A DNA stretch of 64,000 nt from positions 1,344,001 to 1,408,000 of the forward strand of contig CAVOVB010000001.1 of NCBI GenBank assembly GCA_963699755.1, given 5' to 3'. The notes under the pieces were generated by a model. That model worked only from the letters and a program-made list of their open reading frames with translations, ran no database searches and was not told the origin of the DNA. This stretch comes from an uncultured delta proteobacterium. GTDB lineage: Bacteria > Myxococcota_A > Polyangia > Polyangiales > Houyiibacteriaceae. This document shows positions 1-11,630 of the stretch, in pieces. The translations under genes and the position numbers were made by a program. The first letter of the stretch is position 1, and each line of letters begins with the position of its first letter.

Positions 1-396
1 CTTCGGCGAGCCGACGGAACCTGGGCCTATCAGCTCGCCGTCGTGGTCGACGATGCCGAGGCAGGTATCACCGAGGTCGTTCGGGGAGCGGACCTGCTCT
101 CGTCGACACCGCGCCAGATTGCCCTTTATCGTGCACTTGGCTACCCCGTGCCGCGCTTTGCGCATGTCGGACTGGTGGTCGACCGAGAGGGCGCGAGACT
201 TTCCACGCGGCATGGCGCCACCTCGATCGCGTCGCTTCGAGGAGCTGGTCGCTCCGCAGAGGACCTGATCGGAGAGCTCGCCTTCTCGCTGGGATTGACC
301 AAAACGGCTGCCCCGATTCGCGCGCACGAGCTGATTTCGAGCTTCGACATGAGCAAGATCAGCCATTCTCCATTTACCTGGGACGCCAAGGGTTGA
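1..396 (+). CDS. gluQ: Glutamyl-Q tRNA(Asp) synthetase, 5'-partial
   Basis: Frame open from base 1: [18 protein letters not shown]...[14 protein letters not shown]; short C-terminus with no anticodon-binding domain. Confidence 0.85.
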   Translation, partial: LRRADGTWAYQLAVVVDDAEAGITEVVRGADLLSSTPRQIALYRALGYPVPRFAHVGLVVDREGARLSTRHGATSIASLRGAGRSAEDLIGELAFSLGLTKTAAPIRAHELISSFDMSKISHSPFTWDAKG

Positions 397-451
397 CATT
401 AATTGGATTTTCGACACTGATTTGTCGCGACCAGTAACTGAGGACCGGACT

Positions 452-1066
452 GTGACATCGAGCGACAGGCTGATGGAAATTGCCGAGCGCCTAACGGAGC
501 TCGACCCAGTGCGGACATATCCTCAGCGCGGCTCGACCCTGATCGCAGGGGTGGTGGGCGCCGATTCGTTCTTGCTCGAGCGCCCAGACTCCGACCCGGT
601 GAGCAGCGAGGACACCCTGAGCATCACGGACCCCACCTTGTCTTTGCCGCTTCGGCAAGGGCGCGCCTTCGTCGGCACTCTTCATCTCGAGATCGTTGGC
701 GATGCGCCCGATGGCAATCAGCTCGAGGTCCTGAAATGGGCTTCCCGTCTCTTCGCAAGAGGGCTCGACTACGCCGAACGACTGACGGGCGAAGGCAGTC
801 GAAGGCCGGGTGAGGCCGTCGAGCAGACCCTGCAACGCGCCCCGCTTACCCCGCGTGAGCGCGACGTGGTTTCCCTTCTGGTGGGCGGTGCGAGCACCCG
901 TGAGATCGCCGCGGATACGGGGCTCACGGTGTCGACCGTGAATACGTATTTGAAGCGCATCTTTTCCAAGCTCGGTGTGCATTCGAGGGTCGAGCTGATT
1001 GCCAAGGTGGCCGGGACAGCTACCATCCCCCCGCGCCCTAACTACGACGCGCCGCATCCCGATTGA
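452..1066 (+). CDS. LuxR-family HTH transcriptional regulator
   Basis: C-terminal LTPRERDVVSLLVGG.STREIA...TVNTYLKRIFSKLGVHSR; GAGGA upstream of GTG 452 (start uncertain). Confidence 0.85.
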   Translation: MTSSDRLMEIAERLTELDPVRTYPQRGSTLIAGVVGADSFLLERPDSDPVSSEDTLSITDPTLSLPLRQGRAFVGTLHLEIVGDAPDGNQLEVLKWASRLFARGLDYAERLTGEGSRRPGEAVEQTLQRAPLTPRERDVVSLLVGGASTREIAADTGLTVSTVNTYLKRIFSKLGVHSRVELIAKVAGTATIPPRPNYDAPHPD

Positions 1067-1554
1067 TGAGCAGAGACGACGAGCTGACACACTTGAATCG
1101 CGATGGTCAGGCCCGAATGGTCGACATCGGTCAGAAGAACAAGACGACGCGCGAAGCTCGGGCCCGGGCGACCTTGCGCATGAAGCCCGAAACCCTTCGC
1201 GTGCTCCTGTCCGGCAAGGCTCCTAAAGGCGATGCGCTGGCGACAGCGCGCATTGCCGGAATCCAGGCGGCAAAGCGAACCTCCGAGCTCATTCCACTCT
1301 GTCACCCACTTGCCATCACGGGTTGCGACGTCGCATTCGAGTCAGCCGGTGACGACGAGCGTCTTCTGATCGAGACGTCGGTTCGCTGCGCCGACCGCAC
1401 CGGTGTCGAGATGGAAGCCCTCACGGCTGCGACGGTTGCGGCGCTCACGCTCTACGACATGCTCAAGGCAATCGATCGCGCCATGGCGATAGAAGAGGTC
1501 GTCCTGCTCGAAAAGCAAGGCGGCCGAAGCGGCCACTATCGACGCGAAGACTAG
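1066..1554 (+). CDS. moaC: Cyclic pyranopterin monophosphate synthase MoaC
   Basis: LTHL...ARMVD, LIPLCH, TGVEMEALT, YDMLKAID motifs; TGATG overlap with upstream gene. Confidence 0.95.
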   Translation: MSRDDELTHLNRDGQARMVDIGQKNKTTREARARATLRMKPETLRVLLSGKAPKGDALATARIAGIQAAKRTSELIPLCHPLAITGCDVAFESAGDDERLLIETSVRCADRTGVEMEALTAATVAALTLYDMLKAIDRAMAIEEVVLLEKQGGRSGHYRRED

Positions 1555-3071
1555 TCCCGCCGAATGATCCGACGAAGAGCCCGCCAATCGTCCCGCGTCA
1601 GCTCGCGGGTGACGACGAGCACGGCGAGCGCGCTCAGAAACCCAAGCGCGAGCGCCAGAAGAGACTTCAGCGCCGAGTCGTCGGGGATCGCCGCCGAAAC
1701 TCCATACCCCGCGCCGGCTGCGAGCGCGGCTCGGGCCCAGGTCGAAACGGGGATGAAGACGCCGAACGAGCGATGAATGACCCAGGCGGACAGCGAGAGG
1801 GCGACCAGCATGCCGATCACAGTACCGGTCGCTGCGGCTTCGAGCGTGAGCTCGCCGAGGCCCGCTCGGACCAGAAGAAGCCGATTTGCAACCACTACCA
1901 CCAGCAGCGAGACGCCAGCGATCAATGCGGCGACCGATGGCTTCCCCGCCCCGCTGATCGCAGTGGCCCCGACCGCAAAGAGGGCGAACGCCGCCACCCC
2001 GAAGACCAAGATCGAGAGCGCGGGCGCTCCTACCAAGTAGTCCGTGGGGTACGCGAGTCGCATCAGGCCCTCGGCCGTGCCCGAGATCGGCGCAGCAACC
2101 GACAAGAGCAGCAGCAAGGAGAGGCGCATGGCATGCTGAATGGTGGAGCGCGCGGCCTCGCGGTTCCCGAGGCTCGTCGCCTTGCTGATCATCGGGAACA
2201 CGACGAACGTCATCGAGATGATCAACTGGTATGGAACGAACGCAAAGGTCTGAGCCGCCCGGTAGTAGCCGACGTACTGATTGGCGAGGTCGACCGCGGC
2301 TTGGCTGTTCGCGGCGCTGGTGAAGGCAAATTCCGTGGCCGTTCGCTTGAGCACCTGCAGATCGATCATCAGGATGCCGTTGAGACAGATCTGGTAGGTC
2401 CAAATCGGCGCCATGAAGCCGATCCAACGGCGCCGCCGGATCTTCTCTCCTGAAATTCCGGGCTCCCCGAATCCGATCCAGATCAAGCTGATCGACACGA
2501 TGCTTGCAGCGGCTGTCGCGAAGCCGGCAACCGCCCCCATCGCTCCGAACCCAAGCAGGGCGCCGCCCAAGATCCCGACCGTACGTAGCGTCGAGAAGGT
2601 CACGTCGAGGCGAGCTTGCTTTGCAAACCAATGCCTGCCGTTGAGGCTGCCCACGACGGCAGCGTAGAGTGCGTATGCGAAGACCACGATGGAGGCGATG
2701 CGCAGCAGTCGAGTGAGCTGCCCGTCCAACAAGAGCCCCGCGATCGCCGGGGCGAATAGGAACAGTGCCAGGGCGAGCGTGCCCCCGACCAGGGCTTGGA
2801 TGCGAAGCCCTTGCCGAAGGGTCACCTCGGCCCTCGCCTCATCTTCGCTCACGAATTTCGAGACTGATTGGATTGTCGCGACGATCAGCACGTTGGTGAG
2901 TATCGCCACGCCGCTCATCGTGGCCGAGTAGAGCCCGAACTCCTTCGCCTCTCCGAAGATCCTCGGCAGCAAGAGCTGCACGGCATAGCTGGTGAAGATG
3001 AAGTAGCCCTTGGCGCCTGCAATCGACATCAGGCCGCGCCCAGCTCGGCGCGTGTCTTCCGAGGAATTCAC
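1551..3071 (-). CDS. MOP-superfamily flippase (Wzx/MurJ/SpoVB-like oligosaccharide exporter)
   Basis: About 506 aa with many hydrophobic segments; N-terminal LPRIFGEAKEFGLYS; VGYY motif in second half. Confidence 0.75.
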   Translation of the reverse strand: MNSSEDTRRAGRGLMSIAGAKGYFIFTSYAVQLLLPRIFGEAKEFGLYSATMSGVAILTNVLIVATIQSVSKFVSEDEARAEVTLRQGLRIQALVGGTLALALFLFAPAIAGLLLDGQLTRLLRIASIVVFAYALYAAVVGSLNGRHWFAKQARLDVTFSTLRTVGILGGALLGFGAMGAVAGFATAAASIVSISLIWIGFGEPGISGEKIRRRRWIGFMAPIWTYQICLNGILMIDLQVLKRTATEFAFTSAANSQAAVDLANQYVGYYRAAQTFAFVPYQLIISMTFVVFPMISKATSLGNREAARSTIQHAMRLSLLLLLSVAAPISGTAEGLMRLAYPTDYLVGAPALSILVFGVAAFALFAVGATAISGAGKPSVAALIAGVSLLVVVVANRLLLVRAGLGELTLEAAATGTVIGMLVALSLSAWVIHRSFGVFIPVSTWARAALAAGAGYGVSAAIPDDSALKSLLALALGFLSALAVLVVTRELTRDDWRALRRIIRRD

Positions 3072-3148
3072 CGCGGCCGGTTCTGCCGCCCGAAGTCGCG
3101 CTGGTCAAGGGTTGACTTGGATCGGCGCATGACGCCAACTACGCCCCA

Positions 3149-4198
3149 GTGAAGCTGAGGTTCTTCAGTTCGCGGCTGGGATCCTACGGACGCCTGGTCT
3201 CGGCGGCAAGTGTTTTGGGGGCCGTCGTGCTCGTGGGAGCCACCTCGTACTATGCCGTCGGCGCTGGCAGGTGGTCCTGGTTCGACTGCTTCTACATGAC
3301 CCTGATCACGCTTTCGACCGTCGGCTTCGCCGAAACGCTCGAAGGCATGAACGAGATGCCCGAAGCGCGAGCGGTCACAATCAGCCTTATCATCCTGGGT
3401 AGTGGCACTCTGCTCTATTTCATTTCTAGTCTTACCGCTTTGATTGTAGAAGGCGATTTACAAGGAATTTTGAGGCGTCGAAGCATGGAACGGGCAATCG
3501 GCACATTGAGCAATCACGTCATCGTATGCGGCATCGGCACGACGGGTTGGCACATCGCGTCAGAGCTTCGCGCCGTGGGGGTGCCCTTTGTGGTCGTCGA
3601 TGCCAACCGTGAGCGGCTCGACGAGCTCAACGCGGAGTTCGAGGACAACCTGCTTTTCGTCTGCGGTGATGCCACCGACGATCACACCCTCGACCTCGCG
3701 GGCGTCACGCGCGCACGCGGCGTCATCTCCGCCCTCAACGACGACAAAGCGAATCTATTCGTCACAATCAGTGCGCGCGCCCTCAACCCGACGGCGCGAA
3801 TTGTGGCCAAGTCGATCGAGCCTGCGACCGAACGTAAGCTCCGGCGGGCGGGTGCCGACGCCGTCGTCTCGCCGAATTACATCGGCGGGGTTCGGCTCTT
3901 CAGCGAGATGGTGAGCCCGAAGACCGTCGCCTTCCTCGACCGGATCGTGCAGTTCGGTGGCGGCATCAGCGTGGGTCTCGAGGCGATCGACGTGCCTCCG
4001 GAGAGTCCACTGGTTGGCAAACGTCTGGCTGAAACCGACATCCGGGAAGCCGGGGCGCTCGTCGTGGCGGTTCACAGGGCCGATGGAGACTACGTTTACA
4101 ACCCTGGTGGTGAGCACACGCTCCAAGCGGGTGACTCCCTGATCGTGCTCGCGGAATCCAAAGACGCTGCCCAGCTCCGAAATGCACTCGCGGGCTGA
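3149..4198 (+). CDS. Potassium channel protein with RCK (TrkA-N/TrkA-C) domains
   Basis: Two TM helices around pore helix YMTLITLSTVGF; HVIVCGIGTTG Rossmann motif; GDAT, AGAD.VVSP; C-terminal TrkA-C. Confidence 0.9.
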   Translation: MKLRFFSSRLGSYGRLVSAASVLGAVVLVGATSYYAVGAGRWSWFDCFYMTLITLSTVGFAETLEGMNEMPEARAVTISLIILGSGTLLYFISSLTALIVEGDLQGILRRRSMERAIGTLSNHVIVCGIGTTGWHIASELRAVGVPFVVVDANRERLDELNAEFEDNLLFVCGDATDDHTLDLAGVTRARGVISALNDDKANLFVTISARALNPTARIVAKSIEPATERKLRRAGADAVVSPNYIGGVRLFSEMVSPKTVAFLDRIVQFGGGISVGLEAIDVPPESPLVGKRLAETDIREAGALVVAVHRADGDYVYNPGGEHTLQAGDSLIVLAESKDAAQLRNALAG

Positions 4199-4262
4199 TC
4201 CAGGCGATTTCGCTTGGGATCAGCCGAGGGATTTCGACCCCGATTTCGGCGCCCGCGAGACC

Positions 4263-4290
4263 TTGACGGCCACCTCGGGGTGGTTAGGTT
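4263..4290 (+). promoter_or_regulatory. Putative sigma70-type promoter of dnaK
   Basis: TTGACG-N16-TAGGTT upstream of AAGGAG and ATG 4337. Confidence 0.45.
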
Positions 4291-4336
4291 GGCGAAGCTC
4301 CGACGGCAGCTCGGGGACAAAAGGAGACAAGAGAAC

Positions 4337-6241
<1,905 letters not shown>

Positions 6242-6265
6242 GAACGCCCAGTACCCCATCGATTG

Positions 6266-6300
6266 AGCCCCGCCCGGCCTTGTGCCGAGCGGGGCTTTTT
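6266..6300 (+). terminator. Rho-independent terminator after dnaK
   Basis: AGCCCCGC...GCGGGGCT stem followed by a T run. Confidence 0.85.
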
Positions 6301-6372
6301 CATTGTGCTTGCCCCAATCTCCCCAACCCCTATGTATTGGGGACAGCGCCCGGAGAAGGGGGCTTCATACCT

Positions 6373-8967
6373 ATGCTGTCACTCGATATTCCTTTCTTCG
6401 GCACCCTGGTCCTGTGCCTCGTTCTCATCAGCGCATCGTATACGATGGCGGTGTCCATTGGAGCCGGCCGTGGGCGTCCGCATTTGCTCCCGGCGGCTCG
6501 ATGGGGCACCTATGCGACCTGTGCGCTCGTCCTCGTGGCGGTTCTAGTCCTGGCATACGCGTTTCAGGTTCACGATTTTCGCATTCGATACGTGGCCCGC
6601 TACAGCGACCGATCGATGCCTTGGTGGTACTTGGTCACATCCCTGTGGGGAGGGCAGGACGGCTCGCTTCTTTGGTGGGCTTTCCTGCTTTCGGGCTACA
6701 CCTTCGTTGCAGTCCGCTGGCTTCGCGGCCGCTACTCGGAGCTACAGCCCTGGGTCATCGCAACTTTGATGAGCATCCTGATCTTCTTCGCGGTCCTGAT
6801 GCTCTTCGCAGCCAACCCCTTCGCGACCTACATCCGAACCACCCCCGGGGACGGCGAAGGACTCAATCCGCTGCTGCAGAACTACTGGATGGCGATCCAT
6901 CCACCGACGCTGTACATGGGGTTCGTGGGCTGGTCGGTGCCCTTCGCGATCCTGGTCGCTGCGCTGATCACCGGCCGACTTGGCAACGAGTGGGTTCGTG
7001 CGGCGCGTCTTTGGTCGATGATCGCCTGGACGTTCCTCTCGATTGGCCTGCTGCTGGGCTGTCTCTGGTCGTATGAAGAGTTGGGCTGGGGTGGCTACTG
7101 GGCCTGGGACCCAGTCGAGAACGCTTCATTCATGCCCTGGCTGGTAGGCACGGCCTATTTGCACTCCGTTTTGATTCAGGAGCGGCGGCAAATGATGAAG
7201 GTCTGGAACGTCTTTCTCTTGTCCCTGACGTTCTTCCTCACGATTTTCGGAACGTTCCTAACGCGTTCGGGACTCATCGCGAGTGTGCATTCGTTCGCTC
7301 GTTCGGACATCGGGCAGTACTTCGTCTGGTACATGGCCTTCCTGCTGATCGCGATTGCGGCGCTGATGATTTGGCGACTCCCGAAGCTCAAGGCGGACAA
7401 CGAAATCGAGTCGCTCGTCAGCCGAGAGTTCGCATTCTTGCTGAACAATTGGGTCTTGCTTGGCATGATGGTGTTCGTTCTGATCGCGACTACCTTCCCG
7501 CTGCTCAGCCAATGGATGAGGGGTGAGGAGGTCACCGTTGGCCCCGGCTTCTACAACAAATGGATGGTGCCACTCGGCATCGTTCTACTGTTCCTGGCCG
7601 GGTTGGGGCCGCTGGTTGCCTGGCGCAAGGCGACCGGCTCGAAGCTCTTGCGGGCCATGGCCTTCCCCGTTGCGGTGGGCCTGGGCGTTGCCTTGCTTCA
7701 GGTTCTTTTCGGCACGCGCTTCGGTTTCCCGGCCGTCGTCGAGCCGACCGAGATCTACGATACCGCTACGGGTACCGTGCTCGCCTGGATGAGTGCCGTG
7801 GCTCCCGTCGTTTCATTCGCCACCTGCGCGTTCGTGCTCGCGAGCGTGGGCCAGGAGTTCTGGCGCGGCATGCGCGTGCGCATGAGAAAGGGCGAAGCAG
7901 CGGCCACTGCCCTCGCCAATCTCGTGTCCAAAGGCCGCCGTCGCTACGGCGGCTACATCGTGCACGTGGGCATCGTCTTCATGTTCATTGGCTTCACCGG
8001 CGCTGCCTATGACGTGGAACAGGAGAGGGCGCTCCGCCCGGGCGAATCGATGGCCATTGGCACGCACACGGTGCGCTACGACCAGCCCCGAATGGAGACC
8101 GATCCGAACAAGCGAATGATCTTCACCGACATGACGATCATCGACAAAGCCGGAAACGAAGACGGTCAGGTCGCACCCGCCAAGTTCATCTATCGAACGC
8201 ACCCGCAGATGCCCACGACCGAGGTGGCGATTCGCAGCCGTCCGATTGAAGATGTCTACGTGATCATGAGCACAGTCGACCCGTCGACCCAGCGTGGCAC
8301 GTTCCGAATCATCATTCGTCCCCTGGTCGCATGGATTTGGCTCGGGGGCATCGTGCTTTTGTTCGGCGCGCTCCTCGGCATGTGGCCGACGGGCCGGGAG
8401 CTTCTCCGAGAAGAGGCAGCTAGCCCCCGGCGGTTTCGATTCTCGCCGGTCACGGCCGTGGTTGGGCTGGCGATCCTGATCGCCACGATGTTAGCCTGGG
8501 TGGGGGTCGCGTCGGCGCAAAACGACAGTAGCAGCACGCTGCACGCTGGTTCGGTCGTCATCAACGATCCCGTCGAGCGGCAATTGTTTGGTCGCCTGCT
8601 CTGTCAGTGTGGCGATTGTGCGCGCCTGCCGCTCGATACCTGTGCCTGCGGCTGGGCCGACGACAAGCGGATCGAGATTCGGGAGCAGCTCGCGGCAGGC
8701 GTAGAACCGACGAAGATTCAGGAGTCTTACCGCGCGCAGTACGGCGCTGCGGCGCTGGCGATTCCCTCCGACGAGGGGCTGGACCGCGCTCTGTGGGCGG
8801 TCCCTATCGCAGCGATGGGTTTCGCAGTTGGCTTCATCGTGTTGCTTGGCCGGCGTTGGCAGCGCCGCGGAGCGGTATCGAGCACTTCTATCGATTCTGA
8901 TCCGGACGAGAAGCTCGAGTACGATTCGCGTCTCGACTCGGAGCTCGAGCGATTGGAGGAGAGTTGA
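6373..8967 (+). CDS. ccmF: Cytochrome c biogenesis heme lyase CcmF fused to a C-terminal CcmH-like domain
   Basis: WGGQDGSLL, HPP, WGGYWAWDPVENAS, LTRSG..SVHSF; C-terminal LLCQCGDC...CACG followed by a YG...A.P-TM segment. Confidence 0.9.
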   Translation: MLSLDIPFFGTLVLCLVLISASYTMAVSIGAGRGRPHLLPAARWGTYATCALVLVAVLVLAYAFQVHDFRIRYVARYSDRSMPWWYLVTSLWGGQDGSLLWWAFLLSGYTFVAVRWLRGRYSELQPWVIATLMSILIFFAVLMLFAANPFATYIRTTPGDGEGLNPLLQNYWMAIHPPTLYMGFVGWSVPFAILVAALITGRLGNEWVRAARLWSMIAWTFLSIGLLLGCLWSYEELGWGGYWAWDPVENASFMPWLVGTAYLHSVLIQERRQMMKVWNVFLLSLTFFLTIFGTFLTRSGLIASVHSFARSDIGQYFVWYMAFLLIAIAALMIWRLPKLKADNEIESLVSREFAFLLNNWVLLGMMVFVLIATTFPLLSQWMRGEEVTVGPGFYNKWMVPLGIVLLFLAGLGPLVAWRKATGSKLLRAMAFPVAVGLGVALLQVLFGTRFGFPAVVEPTEIYDTATGTVLAWMSAVAPVVSFATCAFVLASVGQEFWRGMRVRMRKGEAAATALANLVSKGRRRYGGYIVHVGIVFMFIGFTGAAYDVEQERALRPGESMAIGTHTVRYDQPRMETDPNKRMIFTDMTIIDKAGNEDGQVAPAKFIYRTHPQMPTTEVAIRSRPIEDVYVIMSTVDPSTQRGTFRIIIRPLVAWIWLGGIVLLFGALLGMWPTGRELLREEAASPRRFRFSPVTAVVGLAILIATMLAWVGVASAQNDSSSTLHAGSVVINDPVERQLFGRLLCQCGDCARLPLDTCACGWADDKRIEIREQLAAGVEPTKIQESYRAQYGAAALAIPSDEGLDRALWAVPIAAMGFAVGFIVLLGRRWQRRGAVSSTSIDSDPDEKLEYDSRLDSELERLEES

Positions 8968-9332
8968 TAGCTGACTACCTTCCCCCCATGTTCGTCGTCG
9001 GCGCAGCGCTGGCCCTAGTCGCCGCGTTGGTCAGCCTTTGGCTGAGCCTGAGCTTGGCGCTTTCCGACGAGCTCGTCGCCGGAGCCCGGGCGCAGCTCAC
9101 GACCGATGCGCGTCTCGGCTTGCTGACTGAGAAAGAGAATCTGCTTCAGGAGATTCGTGACATCGCGTTCGAGCATGATGCAGGCAAGCTCTCCGACGCC
9201 GACTACAACGAAATCAACGCGAAGCTCCGAGCTCAGGCTCGACACGTACTTCACGAGCTAGACGTGGGCGCCGGGCCCTTTCGAGACGAAGCGGAGGCCC
9301 TGATCGCCGAGCGGCTTTCTGACGAGGGATGA
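8964..9332 (+). CDS. Small membrane protein with CcmI-like N-terminal motif
   Basis: N-terminal TM then KENLLQEIRDIAFEHDAGKLSDADY; overlaps the ccmF stop. Confidence 0.65.
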   Translation: MIADYLPPMFVVGAALALVAALVSLWLSLSLALSDELVAGARAQLTTDARLGLLTEKENLLQEIRDIAFEHDAGKLSDADYNEINAKLRAQARHVLHELDVGAGPFRDEAEALIAERLSDEG

Positions 9333-10522
9333 TGCGACTTGCCGCTCTGATAGGCCTACTGCTCTGGGCCCCATCGATCGCGTCCGCTCAGCAGGACCAA
9401 ACTGTCGTCAACCGGGTTCTCGGAAACGTCCCCGATCTCGCAACGTCAGTGGTCGACCCTGAGCTCCCCAAGGGGACGATCCGGGTAGAGGTGGTCGACC
9501 CGAACGGAGGCGCCGTTCCGGATCAAGCGGTGCGCCTCGGCATGATGGAGCAATCGGGCGGTCGCGAGAGCAAGGCATGCGTAACCGACGACGCGGGTAG
9601 TTGCTCGTTCGACGAGCTCCCTACGGACGCCAAGAATTCCTATCGAGTGAACGTACCGTACAACGGCGCGCTTTACGGCGGTTTGCCGTTTCGCCTAGAC
9701 GCAGAGAAGGGCCAGCGCGTGCGGGTAGTCCGGCTCCCGACCACGACCGACGACCAGCGCATCTTCCAGGTGCTCGGCCGCACGATGATCGAATTCCGCG
9801 AAGGCCGCGCTCGGGTCAGTCAGGACGCTCGGCTGACGAACCTCGGCGATTCGACGTACGTATTTCCGGACGGCGGTCTGCAAATTCCCTTGCCCAACGG
9901 CTTCAAGGCCTTCGACGCGATGAAGGTCATGACCGACCAGCGGGTCAGCGCGACCGATGACGGCCTCGAAATCAGCGGTTCGATCCCGCCCGGCCGTGCC
10001 GATCTGCGCTGGGCGTACGACATTCCGGTCGGTGGCACGACCTTGTCCATTCGGCAGGCTGTGCCCTTTGCCACGATGGAGTATCAGGTCGTCAGCGACT
10101 ACATCGAAGGCATGACGCTCGAAGTCGAGGGCTTTCAGGTCGCCCGGGTGCACGAGGGCGGCGACCGCCGGTTTCTCGTTGCGGGCGTGATGCGGAGCCC
10201 CGGTGATCCACCGATCGATCCCTTGAAGATTCACATTCGCGGCATTCCTGGCCAGGGCCCCCTCCCCTATCTCGCCGCCGCGATCGCAGCGATCTTCGTC
10301 TTATTGGGAATTTGGCTCTTTTTTAGCCCGTCCGATCAGACCGCGGTTCTCGAGAAGGTACGCCAAGATCGCCGGGCGGAGCTCCTGGAGGATATCGCCT
10401 CCTTGGAAAGCCAGCGGAACGCAGGGGCCGTTGGGCCGAGCTTCTACGAGCATCGTCGGCGCGAATTGACCGATGAGCTAGCAATCGTGCTTCGCATGCA
10501 AAGCGAGGGCGCAGGTCATTGA
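9329..10522 (+). CDS. Exported protein with carboxypeptidase-regulatory-like beta domain, C-terminal TM and CcmI-like tail
   Basis: Signal peptide; GTIRVEVVDPNG..VP..TDDAG..F..L pattern; TM near C-terminus; RRAELLEDIASLE...G.V...Y tail. Confidence 0.6.
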   Translation: MMRLAALIGLLLWAPSIASAQQDQTVVNRVLGNVPDLATSVVDPELPKGTIRVEVVDPNGGAVPDQAVRLGMMEQSGGRESKACVTDDAGSCSFDELPTDAKNSYRVNVPYNGALYGGLPFRLDAEKGQRVRVVRLPTTTDDQRIFQVLGRTMIEFREGRARVSQDARLTNLGDSTYVFPDGGLQIPLPNGFKAFDAMKVMTDQRVSATDDGLEISGSIPPGRADLRWAYDIPVGGTTLSIRQAVPFATMEYQVVSDYIEGMTLEVEGFQVARVHEGGDRRFLVAGVMRSPGDPPIDPLKIHIRGIPGQGPLPYLAAAIAAIFVLLGIWLFFSPSDQTAVLEKVRQDRRAELLEDIASLESQRNAGAVGPSFYEHRRRELTDELAIVLRMQSEGAGH

Positions 10523-10581
10523 TCCGCGGCGCAAGGCCGCGTATGTTCGCCGCCCATTGCGGTTGGAAGAATAGGGGAGCC

Positions 10582-11016
10582 ATGGCAGAAGGCCTTAATC
10601 GTGTGACGCTCATCGGGAACCTCGGTGCCGACCCAGAGCTCAAGTACACCCAGGGCGGGCAAGCCGTGCTACGCCTGCGCTTAGCCACCACCGAGTCATA
10701 TGCGAATCGTGCGGGCGAGCGCCAGCAGCGCACCGACTGGCACACTGTCATCGTCTGGGGCAAGCGGGGCGAAGCCCTCAACAACATCCTCTCCAAGGGC
10801 CGAAGCATCTGCGTCGAGGGCCGGATTCAATACCGCCAGTGGGAAGACAAAGACGGCAACAAGCGCAACGCGACCGAGATCGTAGCTCAGAACATCGTTC
10901 TGCTAGGTGGCGGCGGCGGCCGAGGCCGTGACTCGGGAGCACCCGGCGACTTTGGTGGCGGCGGCGGTAGCGAACCTCCGACGGATGACTTCGGGGACGA
11001 CGACATCCCCTTCTAG
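10582..11016 (+). CDS. ssb: Single-stranded DNA-binding protein
   Basis: LNRVTLIGNLGADPE...; Gly-rich linker; C-terminal DDDIPF. Confidence 0.97.
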   Translation: MAEGLNRVTLIGNLGADPELKYTQGGQAVLRLRLATTESYANRAGERQQRTDWHTVIVWGKRGEALNNILSKGRSICVEGRIQYRQWEDKDGNKRNATEIVAQNIVLLGGGGGRGRDSGAPGDFGGGGGSEPPTDDFGDDDIPF

Positions 11017-11072
11017 ATTGGGCCGGACGACTTCGGCGGCGCTCTCTTGCGGCCAGCGGCCCATGCGATCGC

Positions 11073-11576
11073 TTACGGCTGCTGGACTGGGGGAGGGGTT
11101 GGGGCTCCGACCGGGGTGGCGGTGTGCGCGGCGGCTAGCGCCGCTTCGAGGGCGGCCTTTTCCGCTTTCTCGAGCTCCTTGGCTTGTCGCGCGATCCGAG
11201 TCCTCTCGGAGACGTACCCCGCTGAAGCTGCGACGACGACGGCGACTTCCAGCGCGAGCGCGATGACCGTGTAGATGTCGGGCTTGGCGCCCCGGACCAT
11301 CGCGAGAATCCGACCAGCAGAGAAACCGGCACCGCAGACGACGAACGTGAGGGCCGCCGCCAAGCGAAGCCTTTGGAATACTGCACCGAAAAGAGCGAAT
11401 GCGCCCAGGGCGCACCAAAGCCCAACGTTGACAGCCATCGATTCGATGTAGAGGGGCCCCCGGGACTCGTGCGCGAGTCCCATCCAGTCCGGCAGGAGCG
11501 CGCCCGCGAAGAACAATGAAAGCATGGCCCAGCCGATGGAACCGACGCCGAGAATGAAGAGCACGTTGCGCGCCAT
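11073..11576 (-). CDS. Membrane protein (DUF4345-like)
   Basis: Four hydrophobic segments; GRILAM..G.P motif. Confidence 0.55.
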   Translation of the reverse strand: MARNVLFILGVGSIGWAMLSLFFAGALLPDWMGLAHESRGPLYIESMAVNVGLWCALGAFALFGAVFQRLRLAAALTFVVCGAGFSAGRILAMVRGAKPDIYTVIALALEVAVVVAASAGYVSERTRIARQAKELEKAEKAALEAALAAAHTATPVGAPTPPPVQQP

Positions 11577-11630
11577 GCGCTCAAGATAGCGCCGTTCGCT
11601 TTTCAATGAAAGTTAGTCCAATCTTTCGGC

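Noticed and set aside
393..421. TTGACA overlapping the gluQ stop as a promoter for the LuxR gene
   Set aside because: No convincing -10 at 16-18 bp spacing
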